In this document: piece after piece, positions 25,535 to 39,200 of the stretch
Position numbering within the stretch: position 1 is the first letter of the stretch
Layout of the letters: each line of letters begins with the position of its first letter
NCBI GenBank assembly: GCA_036172245.1
Contig: JAYWIR010000007.1
Span: 1,240,001 to 1,304,000, forward strand
Reading direction: 5' to 3'
Length of the DNA: 64,000 nt
From: Raillietiella orientalis
Taxonomy: Eukaryota
Translations under genes and position numbers: made by a program
The notes under the pieces: model-generated
Seen by the model: the letters and a program-made list of their open reading frames with translations, nothing else
Databases searched by the model: none
Told to the model about the DNA's origin: nothing

Positions 25535-28500
25535 TTACGCGAAGAGACGCCCTTCCACGGGCAGGATACCTGCCTGGACGGCGTCGCAGGGCATGTCTTC
25601 CCCGTCCACCACGATGCGACCCTTCCTCTTTTGCCCCTCTGCGGGGACCAGCCGGAACGCCGCCGCAGGGATCATCCGCACGAAGGGATTGGACAGGAGG
25701 CGCCCCCTGTAGGCGGCGGACATGAACTACGACATCCCGTGAGCGGCAGAGCCTCCCTCGGGACCAGCCCAACCTTCAGCAGCTCCCCCCGTGAGATGCC
25801 CTCCTCGATCACCAGCAGCCACAGGAGGCCGTCGTCGGGGCGCGCCAGGGGAGCGAGGCACAGATCGCTCCCCAAGTGGGACTGCTTCATGGCGAGCACC
25901 AGCACGAAGCTCCCTAGAAGGGTAGAGGGGGAAAGGGGAGGGTGAGGAGGAGGAAGGAGGGAGAGAGCTGGACCCACCTAGGAGGTGAACCCAAGAGTCT
26001 GGAAGGGGGTCCTGGAGGCGCGGCGGCATTGCCGGGATGCAGCTGCTGCTCCTTCCGTAAGTGACCGGGTCCGGCGCGGGGAGGTACGAGAGAGTTCCCT
26101 GGTAGACGCGCAACCCTGGAAAGGGAGGAGGCGCAACGGGAGATCTCTTGCTCGCTCTTCTCCCTGCCTTCCCACTCACCCAGTACCCGCACCACGAACC
26201 AGATGTGGAAGCGCATCTCGCCGGCCGCCCGCAGGCGCTCGCTCTCGATGTCCACATCGGCGATCAGCCCCCAGGTCACAGACAGCAGCGAGCAGACCTT
26301 CTCACGAGAGGTCTCCACGCCCACCAGGTGCGCGGCCGTCGTCCGGCCGCGGGTCAGCCGCAACCCCGCCTCCACGATGGGGTGCTCGAACGGCTCCCTG
26401 GGGTGGGGAAGAAGGGAGAGACAGCAGGGGGTGGAGTCCCCCCGTAGGGGGGATCTTCGAGAGGGTCTGCAGGCTGCGCGTACCCACAGAGATGGGCCAG
26501 GGACCTGGCCAGCCCGTTGCCGGAGCCACAGGGGATGATGCCCACGGGAGTCTGCAGGCTCTTCCGCCAGTCCGCGCGCTGGTAAAGTCCATTGTACACC
26601 TGCGGGCGAAAAGAAGCGGCTGAGCCCCAGGCGTTGGTCGCTGGACGGTGGCGCAAGGAGGCCACCGACGTCGAGGAGGGACGGCAGGCCGTCGCCAGCA
26701 ACGGCGCTACCACCCCGCCGGCACCACGCTGCTACTTCTGCTCCCCTCCTCCTCCTCCTCCACATCATCATCACCACCGCGGACCTGTCCCTGCTTTCCC
26801 CTCCCTCGATCCCGTGTCCGGGACGCAACTTGGACCTCGCCGCTTCCGTCGCACCGGGACCAGCGGCACAGGAGGAAGGGTAAGTAAAGCCCGTGTGGTG
26901 GGTGCTGGCCGACTGCCAACTCACAGAGCCCCGCCGCCTTCAGGCGGGGGGTTCCCTCTGGAGGGCAGGAATGAACAGGAGCGAAGGGGAGGGGAGGGGT
27001 GAGTCGAGGGACAGAATGCACCTCTTCGATCCCTGCTTTCCCTCCTCTTCCCCCCCCCCCCTCCCTCGCGAAACGATTGGCAGCGCCGCAATCTTCAAGC
27101 GGTGCTCCTCGCGCTCAGCAAACAGCACGAACCTCCCAGCAACGAGCATCCTCCGGGGGCGAAGCGGGAAAACACGCGGAGGAAGAGCGAGCTGGTCATC
27201 TCGTCTGTGCCACGGGTGAGACTCCGTCCGGACTCCAGCCACGGGGAGGAGGAGAGGCAGCAGCCGCCCTGGGAGGATCCCTACCCACCACCGGATGCAG
27301 AGTTGAGGAAGCGTCGTCGTCCTCCGGAGGCAAGGGGGCGATGTGACACCCCCGAGAGCGAGAGGGTGACTGCTCCTTAGGAGGCGCTGCCGATCTCTCG
27401 GAGGCGACTGGTGCGCCCGTCCCCGCCACGCCATTGCACCTCCCCCATATCGTCACTAATCCGGGGTGCAGGGTGGCCTGTGCTGCCGAGCGACGCTGCC
27501 TTCCGGCGCAGCGGTCGAAGAAGGGTCAGCCCCACTTTGCCTCGCGGAAGGGGGTTCCGTGCGGAGGAATCTGAAGAAGTCCGCCCCTGCGACTGACCGC
27601 TGCTCCAGTCGGCCATTCCCCCCGAGCGGATGGTCCGAGGTTACCTCGAACAGCAGCCCGTCTCCGGACACCACGACGATGCCCCTGCACAGCTGCAGGT
27701 TCATCTCAGAGATCATCTTCCGGGCTTCCCCGTGGGACTTGGTGACGTGGTACTCGAATTCCATCTCGGCCGCTGCGAGGATCGGTTGCACTTTGCTCGA
27801 GAACATGCGGGCCGCTCTCCCGCAACCGCTCCTCGGATTCACGAAGACGAAGAGCTTCTTGGAAGGGTAGAGGGAGTACGGGTCCATGTCCAGCAGCACT
27901 GAAAAGTCACTTGGTGGTCGTTTCCTGAGAGTGCGGCGTTCGCTCGCTCCCCGCGAGCCTTTCGACCGGGTTGCGAGGGCGGGGAAGAGGGAGGGGAGAC
28001 CCGCCTCCGCGCACCCCTGTCTCGTCCGATAGCAGCAAGTCCCAGTCCAGAGTCTCTCGCCGCCGCCGCTACTGGATCCCCCCGTGCGGCGGCGACCCCG
28101 ACAGGGGCGGGACGTGTTCCCGTGCGCGGCGCCCCAGGGGACGGAAGGGCATGCAGCAGCGTTTCGACCCGCCTGGTGAACCGCAAGGAGCGACGCCTGG
28201 CCTGCGACTTGTACGCGTAGGAGCTGCTAAACCTCTCTGGTCCGCTCCGGCGAGCTGGACGGGAACGGATCCGCAAGAAAGTGGCCGCGGTCCCGCCCCG
28301 TTCCCGAGACCGAGATCTCGGGAGCGGGGTCTCGGTCTTCCGACGTCTCTCGGCGACGCCGCGAAATCCCCCTGGCCGACTGCGCCAAATCGTTTCAACC
28401 GCGGGCTCCACGGAGCGATGTGGCGTCATCCCGTGGTGACGTCTCATCACTTTCAGCGAAAGTTTTGTCGCGAGAGCAGGAGGCCACTTCTTCGCAAGTG

Positions 28501-31500
28501 GAGGAATCCGGTGGCCGTCCCTCCCAGCGCAAGCGTTTGCAAGAAGCCAAACCATAAAAAGCCGACAGCGCATGAAGAACGGCGGCGCAGATCGACACTG
28601 CGAACGTTCAGGGAAAAAAATAAATCGGTTTAGCATGTGGATTAATACATATTATACTATAAAGGTCAATATAGATTATCATATTACCAATATGATTAAC
28701 AGAATCATTATTACATACATTACCATATGTACTTATGTATAGATTGATTATTAATATACATATTTATATATGGATTAAAAATATTCACATATTAACATAT
28801 AAATTTATAATCATATACAAAGCAATATTTTTAGTGCATAAAATATTAATCTATATATAAAATATATGTATTAATGCATATAATAGGAACACATATAATA
28901 GGATCATATTAATAATATGCTAATAAATGTGCATCTAAATAAATTCGTATATTACTCTACATATAAATATATATACTGATATGCATCAGAAGCATGCATA
29001 TCTTTATTTCTTATAATCTTTATAATACATATTAACCTACATATTAATTTATACATAAATACATATATAATGGACATGTACATTTATTTTTCATGATCGT
29101 TTGGGATTTTGAAGCAAACCCGAGGAACGAAACGCGTCCTCCATTTTGCTTTCCGGCTTTGAGCAAGCGTTCCTCTATGTTCCTTCTTCTCCTGGCGACG
29201 AAGAAGTTTCTTTCCCACCCAGCACTTCGAGAACGCGAAAGCGGAAGCGACACGTCGGTGGTGGCGCGTCCGGGGGGTGGGGTGGGGTGAGGGGAGGGGG
29301 CAGAAAGGGAGTGCAGTTCGAAAATCATCATCCACGAAACAATCACGAAGCGCTCGGCACGCTTCGAACGCGCAGCTTTGGGAACGCCCCGTCGCAAGGG
29401 GGGCAGCAGCTTCAGGCACGTGGGCGCAGCAAGTCAGTGCGGCAGCGACACACATAGGCCGTCCCCGCGTGAATCGATGAGGCACCTCAGTCGCCAATGT
29501 CCTTGGACTTTCCGACTCACGATGCTCGGCAAAACAAACTCGGTTTCGGGATGTTCGCGCTGCTTGGAGTTCAACAGACGAAAGGTCGGAAACCAAGGAA
29601 GGAGGGAGGAAGAGGAGGTGCACGGCGAACCCTGACGCAGACGGCTCTTCTCCTTTGCGAGGAGGAGGAGTGGGGGCACCAGCGAGAGCGGTTCTCCGAA
29701 TCGGTTCGGCGAAGCGGCGAGCGAAACACATCGACACACCGAAGGCATCCGGAAGAATCTCAGTACCCACCGCGATCCAAAAGCTCGCGGCATCTCACAA
29801 AAAAAAAGGAAAGAAAGGTTTTCCCTTGAAGCCGCAAGAGGGGAGGGGGAGGGGGCGCGGGGAGGAGGAAGAGAACTACAGAGGACAAAACAAGAGTACA
29901 GTACACGTCCAGAAGGCAGGAACCACAACGCTCGCACCTGGATGCGTGGCGTCGAGACGCAATCCGGACTTTGAAGGCGGCGGGTGCGCCGAAGACGTGC
30001 ATCATCAGTTCATTCATCAATTAACCTTCAGCTGGAGTCGGCGAGCAGCACGTGCGAAGGCAGTGAACGCAGCGCGAGCAGAGTGAAGGCCGAAGAGGAA
30101 GCTGTGTGCAAACTCCAAGATCTCGAAAGTTGAAGTGAGGACAAGAAGAACCAGAAGAACAAGGATTTGACGTGCTTCCCAGTGGAGACCTCCCCCCCCC
30201 CCTCCCCCCACGCTCAAGAACAGTGAGGTGGAACACTCAAAAGAGTGCTCAGGGTCCGAAATCGGACGGCGCAAACCTCACGAAAGGGCGGATCTGGGGG
30301 AGGGGACGCGCTCTCCCCAAACACTGCATCTGTCCAGCTTCCCCGACAGACAATAAAGATGTCCACGGCACTACAAGAGTGAAGCAGTCTAGCAGCGGAG
30401 GAAGCCAAAGATGAAGTGAAAAGACATCTGCAGAAGACCTAAGGAACAAGAAGAGCATTCGGCATGAAGCCCTGCCGAAGAGATGGAGCGGATTCAGGAT
30501 ACAGTTCGCATGACAGGAGGAGAACGGGACGAGATGCGGCACACGGGACGGCGAACAGGAGCACTGCGCGCAGCTCTGACAAGGAAAACCGGGCAGCTGG
30601 AAAAGAATTCGTTTCACGTGGGAATGGGGGCAAGAGATGGACAGGCTCATGAACCAGCTACCGTCAAAAGATCGTACCAAGAGGTAAAGAAGAACTCCGA
30701 AACGAGAAGAATTCGAGAAGACGCAGGAAGCAATCAGGAATCACTTGATCCTCCTTCGGGGATCCTTTCACGACCGACAACCGAAAGCGCCGAAGCAGCT
30801 CCCATCTACGCACATCGGCTGACCCTGCGCGCATCCATCCATCCTGGGAATCAGAGGAAGATTCCTGCCGCAGGAAGGATGGAGGTATGAAAGGATCTTC
30901 CATGCCTGCCTTTGTCTGTCTGTGGGAAACAACAGAGGTGGGGGAGGTGGGGGGAGAGAAGACACAAACAGTTCAGAGGGGAAGAAGCAGGCATCAGTGA
31001 AGCTCCGGAAAGACTAGGAGAGCGATTTCCGGTGCAAACCACACCGCGCTGGTCGGCGCTCTCTGCGCGACACAAAAACGCGATCAGCATGGCACTGGAG
31101 GACGCGTTTCTCTTTCACCACGCCACGCAAAACGAAACCTCGGTAGGGGACTGCTGGAAGCACCACGGGAGCGTCACAAGCCTTCCGGGCAAAGAGCAAG
31201 GGGCATCCCGGTGGGGCGTGCTAGAAGAAGGTACATGCGGTCCGCTGGCAAAAGTCGCCTTCCGGCCTTATCCGTCGCGGTCGCCTCTTGTCAGATGCCG
31301 GGGTAAGGAAAGGCGGAACCAGCGGCTAAGGAAGTTGCGGAAGGAGAGAAGTGCGGCGAGCCGGTGTGGAGAGCCCTCCCTCCCCCCACCTGAGATTTCA
31401 TCCAGCAACCGCTAAGAGCGAGCATCGGATCCAAACCGCTGGACACGGGAAGGATCGAAGACTTAACGGTGCTCGCACACGGCGCAACTTACGCAGTTGG

Positions 31501-34500
31501 CGCGGGCGGCGTAACTGAGAGCGGCGCACGATCGCAGTGGGGGAAGGAACACCCCTGGAAAAAAACACCAAGACCATCCATCCCGTCCGACCGGAGCTCT
31601 CTCCAACAGCAGGAGGGGAGCGAGAGGCACTTCGAAAAGCGACCTCTCCGAGGCACACGCGCCTTTAGAAGGCGCGCTCCGAGCAGGGACGGTGTAGGGC
31701 GGGGAAGGTCTTCCTCCTTCTTCTCTGACGACTGTTTCCCTTTCGATTCTCCAACTCCCTTTCCTTCCCTTCCGAGGAGGAGCTGGATTCTCTCTCTCTC
31801 TGGCACGGGACCGGCGAGCGATGTGCTGTGTTGGTCCCTTCCCCCGAGCTTGTGTCCCGAGAGGAGGCATCGAAGTCGTGTGAGGGCAACGCCCCAGGCG
31901 CAGACGGAGCGGGTGCAGGCTGCGAGCGAGCCAGACTGGTGATACCGGCCGTAGCTCTTTTGCTGAGGACGGATGATTTACGTTTTTTGTTTGCATGTCT
32001 TTTAACGAAAGATGCGTGCGAGATGAATGAGTTGTGGGATGACGGCTTGGCTTTACGGCATTTGGGCGTCTGCATATCGTACAACAAAATAACTTTATAA
32101 GTCGCCGCATGGTGCGACACTGCTTGTAACACAAGCGCGCGCCCGAATGCTTCTGTGTGCGTTGCCTAGTGACAGCAGGGTGATTATAACTGGGGAGAAA
32201 AGCCAGTGATCGCCATTTACTGAGACAAAGTGATCGCACCTGATAGCTGAGGGTGTTTTTCTAGCATGGCACTGTTCCATGTGCAAAGCATGCGATGGTT
32301 TGCAGGAGACGAAAAGAAGCATGTTGTTGATTGTACTGTTTTGTCGCTACGCATGATATTGAATAACGATTTAAGTGTGGGTTATCAAGTCCTGTTACGA
32401 CAATGTATAACGATAAATGTATAAAATATTAAATATGCACGACAGGAAAAATGTAAAAAGTTCATAATGTCAACCACGGTGACGCTTGCTGAAGTGCTTC
32501 TCGGATTGCTTCTCGACTCTGGGAAGCCTGGTCCGATCCGGGCGCTCAGCTCGATGGGGAGTCGGAAGGGGAACGGAAGAAGGAAAGGGGGGGGGGGGCT
32601 TGTGTCCCGCAGTCGAAGTTACGAAGTCCGGGATCCTCGCGCAGAGATACCGTAGCGCCCTCGTCCACGAATGCCTGTCGACGCCGGAGTGACCTCTGCC
32701 ACGCTTGCCCTGGCCCCCGTCCTCCTCCTCCTGTCTCACCCTTTGACCCTTGACGACCCTGGGACGGACGAATTGGACGACTGCCTCCCGAGAGCTCCCT
32801 TTTCCCTTGCTTCCAGATGTACCTCCCCTCCCTTAGGAGGGAGCCGGGATCGACTCTCCGGAGGGGAGGCAGGAAGCGAGGGAAGGGAAACCAGGTGGCA
32901 CGGGACGCGCTCGGGTGAATGCCCTGCGGCGGCACAGAGCCCGTTTCGCTTAGAAAACGCGCGAGTAAGGAGGCAGGAGAGTCCCGGAAAACGAGGGAAG
33001 CGGCCTGCACGAGGGCACAGGCGCGACTGGGTGGGGGGAGGAAAGGGATAGTGGGGAGCCCTCTGGAGCGATCGCCGGCGGAAATCCCGGAGGGGACGTG
33101 CTCGTCTTGAATTTGCGAGCAACCTGCGTGAGAGCGGCCGGCCCCGAGCTCAGTCCGAAGGCTCCGAGCCTCTCCTCTCTGAGTCGCGGGGGACCTCCTC
33201 TCGTGGCTTCAGGAGACCCGACGCGCCACGAGCGAAGGAAGGAGAGAGGTGAGGGGAAGGGTGGGGTGGGGTGGACGAGTTACCTGATCCTTCTCCCAGG
33301 TCCATCTTCCCCAAGCTGGAGCACGGGAACCTGCTCCGGGTGGCCATGGCAACGTGCTTCACCTTCTGCGCGCGGAGAACGAGGGAGGGGTCGCATGGGG
33401 CCGTGACGACATGCACCGTCAGGGTGACCACGGGGCTGCCGGAGGGCGGGAGGAAGCTCCTGCCTCCTCCCCTTCCTCCGGGGAAGTGGCGGAACGACAG
33501 CGGGAACGGCGCTCCCCTGTCCCGGGTCCCTTCGCCGCCGCCACATGTGCACCCGAGCAGGCGGTCCATCGGGATGATCTCCGAGCGCTTCTTCTCTCCC
33601 CTCCGGAACCAGCAGATTTCTACGGAAGAACTCCCGACCACCACCCTTGCTTCGCCGCCCTCTGCCACCGGGAACGTCTCCTCCAGGATGACCACCGCCG
33701 CCTTCCCTTCATCCGGGTCTCCCTTCCTGCAGGGGGGACGACTGGGGGAGGGGAAAGAATGAGAGAGCAGAAGAGGGGGAGGAAGAGGAAGCGGAAAACA
33801 CCAACAGCAACGCAAAGGAAGAGGGGAGGGAGCTCGCCGTCCCGGAAGGATTCGGGAGAGGCGCGAGCTCTGTCTGGGACTTCGAGTTCCGAAGGGAAAG
33901 GTGGGAAGGAGAAGCGAACCTTCTTCCGGATTCGCTTCATTCCTTCCCAGCTCGCTCGCTCGTCCCCTCTCGGCTTCCAGCGAGGGTGTGCTGTGGTGAC
34001 AAAAGGGGGAGGAGAGACTGCGTAGTCTCCTGTTCCTCCTTCCCACCCACTTCTCCTGGAGTCCCTGCCGAGTGCTGAGATCATCCGCGGAAGAAGTGCC
34101 TGTTCTCTTTCTCGCATCCTTCCAACCGAATGGTTAAGTCGAGGAGGAGGAGGGTGCCAGCAGCGCTTGCCCCCCCTCCCTCTCTCTTTCGCATCCGTCC
34201 GCAGCCCCTCTAGTGGAAGCGCGTGCGTGCGCTATCGTAGAAAACGTTCCTCCTCGGCAGAAGTCTGGCTGCGGCGCGCGAACGCTCATGCGTGGTGGGG
34301 TGGGGGGGGACGCTTGTCGGTCGGCTCGTGTTCGGCTTCTACGGCGGTGACTCACCCAAAATCTCTCAAGGAAGCCCTTGAGAGATTTTGGGTCTTCTGC
34401 TTCCCACCTGCATGGCCTTCTGCTTTTCAGAACTCTAAGAAGATGAGATCGCTCGGAGGAGGGGGGCAGGAGGAGGAAAAAAAGTTTGCCGAGGCGGGGC

Positions 34501-35538
34501 GCGCGCTCGAAACAGCGCCTCCTTCCGTAGGTGGCTGAAACCACCTTCACTGCGTCGCGCGCGCTTCCCCCCTCCCTCCCTCCGCCACCATGGAAACACC
34601 GACCCGACAGGTCGCCTGAGTACGCGCTGCCATACCCGCAGCGACGGGGCAGTTCCTCAGCGGGTATCGCGCGCTTCGCAGGTCGTGGGTAGGATCCAGG
34701 GGGGATCGGCGCCCGAAGTGGAGGGAGTGAGGGGCGGTGCCTCATCCCGAGCAGCCCCCGCCGAAGTCGCCCACGCGCAAGCTTCGGAACGGCAGGTTCG
34801 CCGTCGAGTCCGCGCATGCGGTCCCCGCGACTCAGTACGGGGCCGCTTGCCCAGTGCACGAAAGGCACGTGATGTTAGGGTGACGCGATAACGAAGCCTG
34901 CGGCTACGCAGTTGGCTGGCTTCGGCCGCCTCTTTTGAAACTCGGGAATGCGTTTCTTCGCACGCATCCACTGCCTCCGAATTGAAGTGAGCAATTGGCA
35001 GATAAGATAAAAGACCGTGACGAAAGTGCCAAGTGTGGATTCTGGGTGCATCTTACACCGATCTTCGCGATGCATGGAAACCCCCCCCCCCCTCTCCTCC
35101 TCCTCTTCCTCGTTCCGTGACTGGATGTTCCACCGCCGCAGGAAGGTGGCTGGACTCCTCCTGTCAGTGGGTGAGGAGCAAGACCTTTCGTTTCCTCCCA
35201 TGGATTCCCGTAACGCGGCGGAGAGTGCACGCATCCTTTCACCACGCCGCCCCCACCATTCTGCCTCCTCCCGACGCAATCCTGCCGATCACCGCCGGCG
35301 TGGATGCGCGTAGCGGTGATGGAAACCCCCGCGCACTCGTTCAAAATCCGTGGACGCGATCCACCCTGAACAGGTCATCTGTTCTCGCCTCGCGGGCGCT
35401 CTCAAAACTCGAAGCGGGATCCGACACCAGGGAAGGGCAGAGGAGGAAGCGGCCTCGCCCAGCGGGGGAAAGGGAAGGCAGAGCGTCTTACCGTGCTTCC
35501 CGGCTCACCGATCTCCAACTGTCTTCATCGTCCTTCAT
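25535..35538 (-). CDS. SPHK: Sphingosine kinase, ~515 aa (exons 35538-35492 tentative, 33726-33284, 27898-27645, 26599-26484, 26397-26180, 26115-25978, 25913-25774, 25726-25535)
   Basis: Intact conserved motifs FVNPRSGCGRA, VVSGDGLLFEVYNGL, IIPCGSGNGLA, WGLIADVDIESERLRAAGEMRF and IVVDGE. The GT-AG exons join in frame (1548 nt). The catalytic exons are secure; the N-terminal exons are inferred from phase. Confidence 0.9.
28380..32460 (-). mobile_element. Possible fragmented hAT DNA-transposon relic within the SPHK intron
   Basis: On the minus strand, in the expected order: BED-like CTICRRP...TTHSSRTHL (~32000-32085), CCAHV (~29415-29430) and dimerisation-like PDSSTCEEVASC...TSPRDDATSL (~28415-28515). 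No TIRs found. Confidence 0.25.
28635..29095. repeat. Extremely AT-rich low-complexity island
   Basis: About 460 bp of mostly A/T with repeated TACAT, ATATTAA and CATATAATAGGA words, set in GC-rich intron sequence. Confidence 0.85.
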
Positions 35539-36299
35539 GCTTTCGGTGCGCCTCACCAGGAAAGAACGTCCTGATTTTCCCCCTCGTGACTCTCGGCTGC
35601 CGACCTGGGAGTGGAGCGGAGAGAGCACGTCCACGGTGACGGCTATTCGGCAAGAGAAAGGAGAGAACAAGTGTGTTGGAATTTTGGTGATACCCGTGAA
35701 GATAAAGACAGAAAGAAGGAAAGAAAGAAAAGACAGGCAGGTAGAGACGGGGGGGGGGGGGGAGGGAATGAAGGAAGTCGCATTTCGAGAGTTACCTTCA
35801 CTGCCGCTGCGCCTCGACTTTCGCGAAGCGTTTTCGTGGTTGCGCACGGGCGGTGCGAGTTTGCCGCGGAGCACTACGTCACTGGACGCGCGATGGGGCG
35901 GTCGGATGCTCTCTCCCTCTCCGCGATCGGATCTCGCGCTCAGGTGCGAGGCGGAAAAGAGAGCCGACTGCGGAGGGTTTGTCCTCGGAGAACGGCTCCG
36001 CGAAGCATCAGCAACAGCCGTAGGGAGGAAAGCTTCCTTCTGTGTTCCCTTGGCTGCAGCAGCCCCTTCCTAGCCCCTGGCTGTGCCCTGCAGCCCTGCT
36101 TCCGTTCGAAACTACATCCCCTGCCCGGTTAAACCCCATGCGTGCCTGTGAGCATCGTGTGGTGTGCTGAAATGTCGGCACACTTTGGAAGCGAACTCTT
36201 CTGGGGGTGCACTGCACCCGCAACGTTCGTTGGCGTGGCCAGGTCGCTCCCGTTCACACGGTAAGTTACACGAGGGCCACCGAGGTAACCACACAGTTC

Positions 36300-39200
36300 C
36301 GCCTCGTGCGTCTCTTTGTTTCCCCCTCCCTCCTTCCTCAGTGAAGAGTGTTCACTGAGAGCTCGAGTTGCAGCGTCCAGCAAAACTGTTATTCCGCGTG
36401 GTAGTAGTAGCCTTTCCAGTCTATTCTGCGGCTCTGCACCACTTGAAATAAGAGCTGTGTTCCCTGCTGGGAAAAAGTCGCCCTGAATCTGTTGGAGACA
36501 TGTCTTGTTCTGCCCAGAAACTTCGCCATTATCCCCTAACATTTTTATCTGCTCATGAGTGGCTTCCATCGTGGAATCGATCAGATGGAGCCAACCAAGC
36601 TTGCACGGTGGATGCTCGCAATACTCCGCCAACTGATCTTGCGTGATCGTCATCGTGCACGAGATGGATCTTCCACCCTGTCGTCGTCCAACTCTCCCTC
36701 TGTAGAGTCTGGACTGGTTGCTAGTTAGAATTGTTTTCTTCTTCCTCCTCCAATGGCCGACCGGAATAGCTCCTTCCATGTCCTCATTTCCTGGCGGAAG
36801 GGTTGCCTCGGATTTCTGCACGGCAGAATCCCATGATGCGACAGCGTGGTAGTGGAAGAGAGCATTCGAGACCATTTGCCCCTTCAGCCGACAGTGGACG
36901 TATCGGGCAGCATTGCATGCACCCCTGATATTCTGAACGGTACTATCAGGACTGAATGCGCAAGGTGACCAGTTTCACTTGTTTTCTTCGAATTCTGGTC
37001 AAGAGATCATCGAAAAAAAGAAAAAAAAAAGCATTGGCAAAACTTACTGATCGATCCTAGCAAGAGGACAACACTCTGCATCCGCAGTCAGCAGTCATCT
37101 TTTTGCCATCCAATCCTTCATCGCTAACCAGTCCCATAATCGAGCACACTGGTTTAATCACCTCAGCATTCACGATTCGGTGAAATGGGGTTTCACGAGC
37201 GTACGCGGGAATCCTCACTCCTCCAGGATTCAACTTTTTCGGTGCACTCATGACATCTTGTCTCCGTTGCTTCGTGCTTCCCAGTGCTGCACGCATATCG
37301 TAAACACCAACTATAGCTCACTCCATAATGAAAACGCGAAACACACTGCATGCTGCACAACCAAGAAAGAGACTGTACCCAAAATACGAATGGTTGCATG
37401 AATGGCTCTATCACCACCTTGGAGGAGTCCAGCAGTACACTTTCTTCTGTAGCACAATGGAGCATCTGTATTAATTTATTCTGAGACTGTCCGAAACAAG
37501 CATCGGAGGACTTTGAAAGCTTCTACTGCATAAGGCGTTATGAAATGATGATTTCCCTTCTCTGTTATGGGAACCGACATCATTCTTTGCTTTTCCGCAG
37601 AAGTGAACGTCCATCTGCCTTATGTAAGTCCAACTGACCAGTCCGCTTTCTCCAGTTTGCTGCGAAAATCGAAACGGAGGCGCCGTGCCAAACAGATCCT
37701 TCAATGAATATCAAAGGACCTTTGCGAAAGAGTGTGTACAACTAACAAAGAGAGCCGACATCAAGAATTCAATGTCCAGCAAAATACATTAAAGCTCTGG
37801 CAGCATCAGCTACTACAAATTCCAGGACAACTACGTCATCCAAGAAATATACACCGGAAACGCTACAACCAACCTGACCCATGCTGCCTAACGAGCTGCA
37901 AGAACCCAGAAGAAGCCTATCTTGTGTGATTAATCATCTTAGTGGACATAGCAAGGACAACAAAGAAACCATTCAACATGTTCTCATGGAATTTTTCGAA
38001 ACTTTTGATCCCAAATACCACGGCTTAGTGAAAATTTTCGACTTACTACACATCATCATCATGGTAAACTAGGAGCTAGATTGCCCGAAATTATCCGCGC
38101 AGGGATGGATGATAAATCGATGACGTCACTGTTACCAGAGACAGTAACAGTGACGTTAACATACAAAAGACGAAATGACCTCGTCCAGGGAAACAGTGAC
38201 CACCATGCAGCGAAATCCACTCAATAATAAAAAGTTTCTTACAAACACTTGTTATTTTTTTACACTTCGCATTCGACAAGTTAGCACCTTCTGCACTCTC
38301 TTCGCCTCCTTGGACAAAGCAGCTCTCGGCGAGTCGAAATCCACTACCGTGGTATTTACCCTCCTGACGTCAGGAACCCTTCCATCCCGATCCACAGTTA
38401 GCCACTTGTGTCCCCCACCCTCACAAGAAACGGAGCACCCGAACAAAACGAGCAGTCTTCTTCGACAAGCTACTAAAGGGATCAGCCATGCAAGAAGCAG
38501 AAATGGTGCACCTATATTGTATGACTAGCACCTCAACCCCACGACTCTTGACGTCGCTCATAAGCAGGCAGGCACCAATGAGGACAACGGCTCCCGTGCA
38601 GTTAGCTCTGTCGCTGCGATCTTCACCAAATGGAGAGGATGACACGCAGGTTAGTGCACAGCCTCTCGCCTGTTGAGCCTCCTCCACTGCAGAGTGAGCG
38701 ACTTAAAACCGGTCCGCCTCGAGTCTCATCGCAAAGCCAGACTCGAGACAGGCCGGTGTTTCCAGTCGCCTAGCCTGGAGGAGCCTGGGACAGGCATGGA
38801 GAACGGTTCTTCCCGCACTCCCTGCCCCTGAGGTTATCACGCGATGCCTCCGTTTCCTCGGTACACTCCTGCTCGAGTTGACCGAACAGCCCAGGGCTTC
38901 TACAGGAGGAGCCACCTGAAACCGGCCAGCTTCAAGCCTCGCTACACCTCGCCGCCGACTACCCCTGAGGCGGGTGCCCAAGATCATCATCTTAGGCAAC
39001 AAACCTGGGTTCTTCCGTAAGATTCTTCGGCTCTCTTCATTCTTTGGTGCGCTAAGTACTCAAGAATCAGTTGATCTCCTCAGAGGTTCGACTAAGCCGC
39101 CATGTGGGGCTCACTAAGGCTCTTCAAACAAGGTCACGCCATCACACCACCCGCGGGCGCATGTAGGTCAGTGAGGGGGAAACCCCGCTGGGAACCCTCT

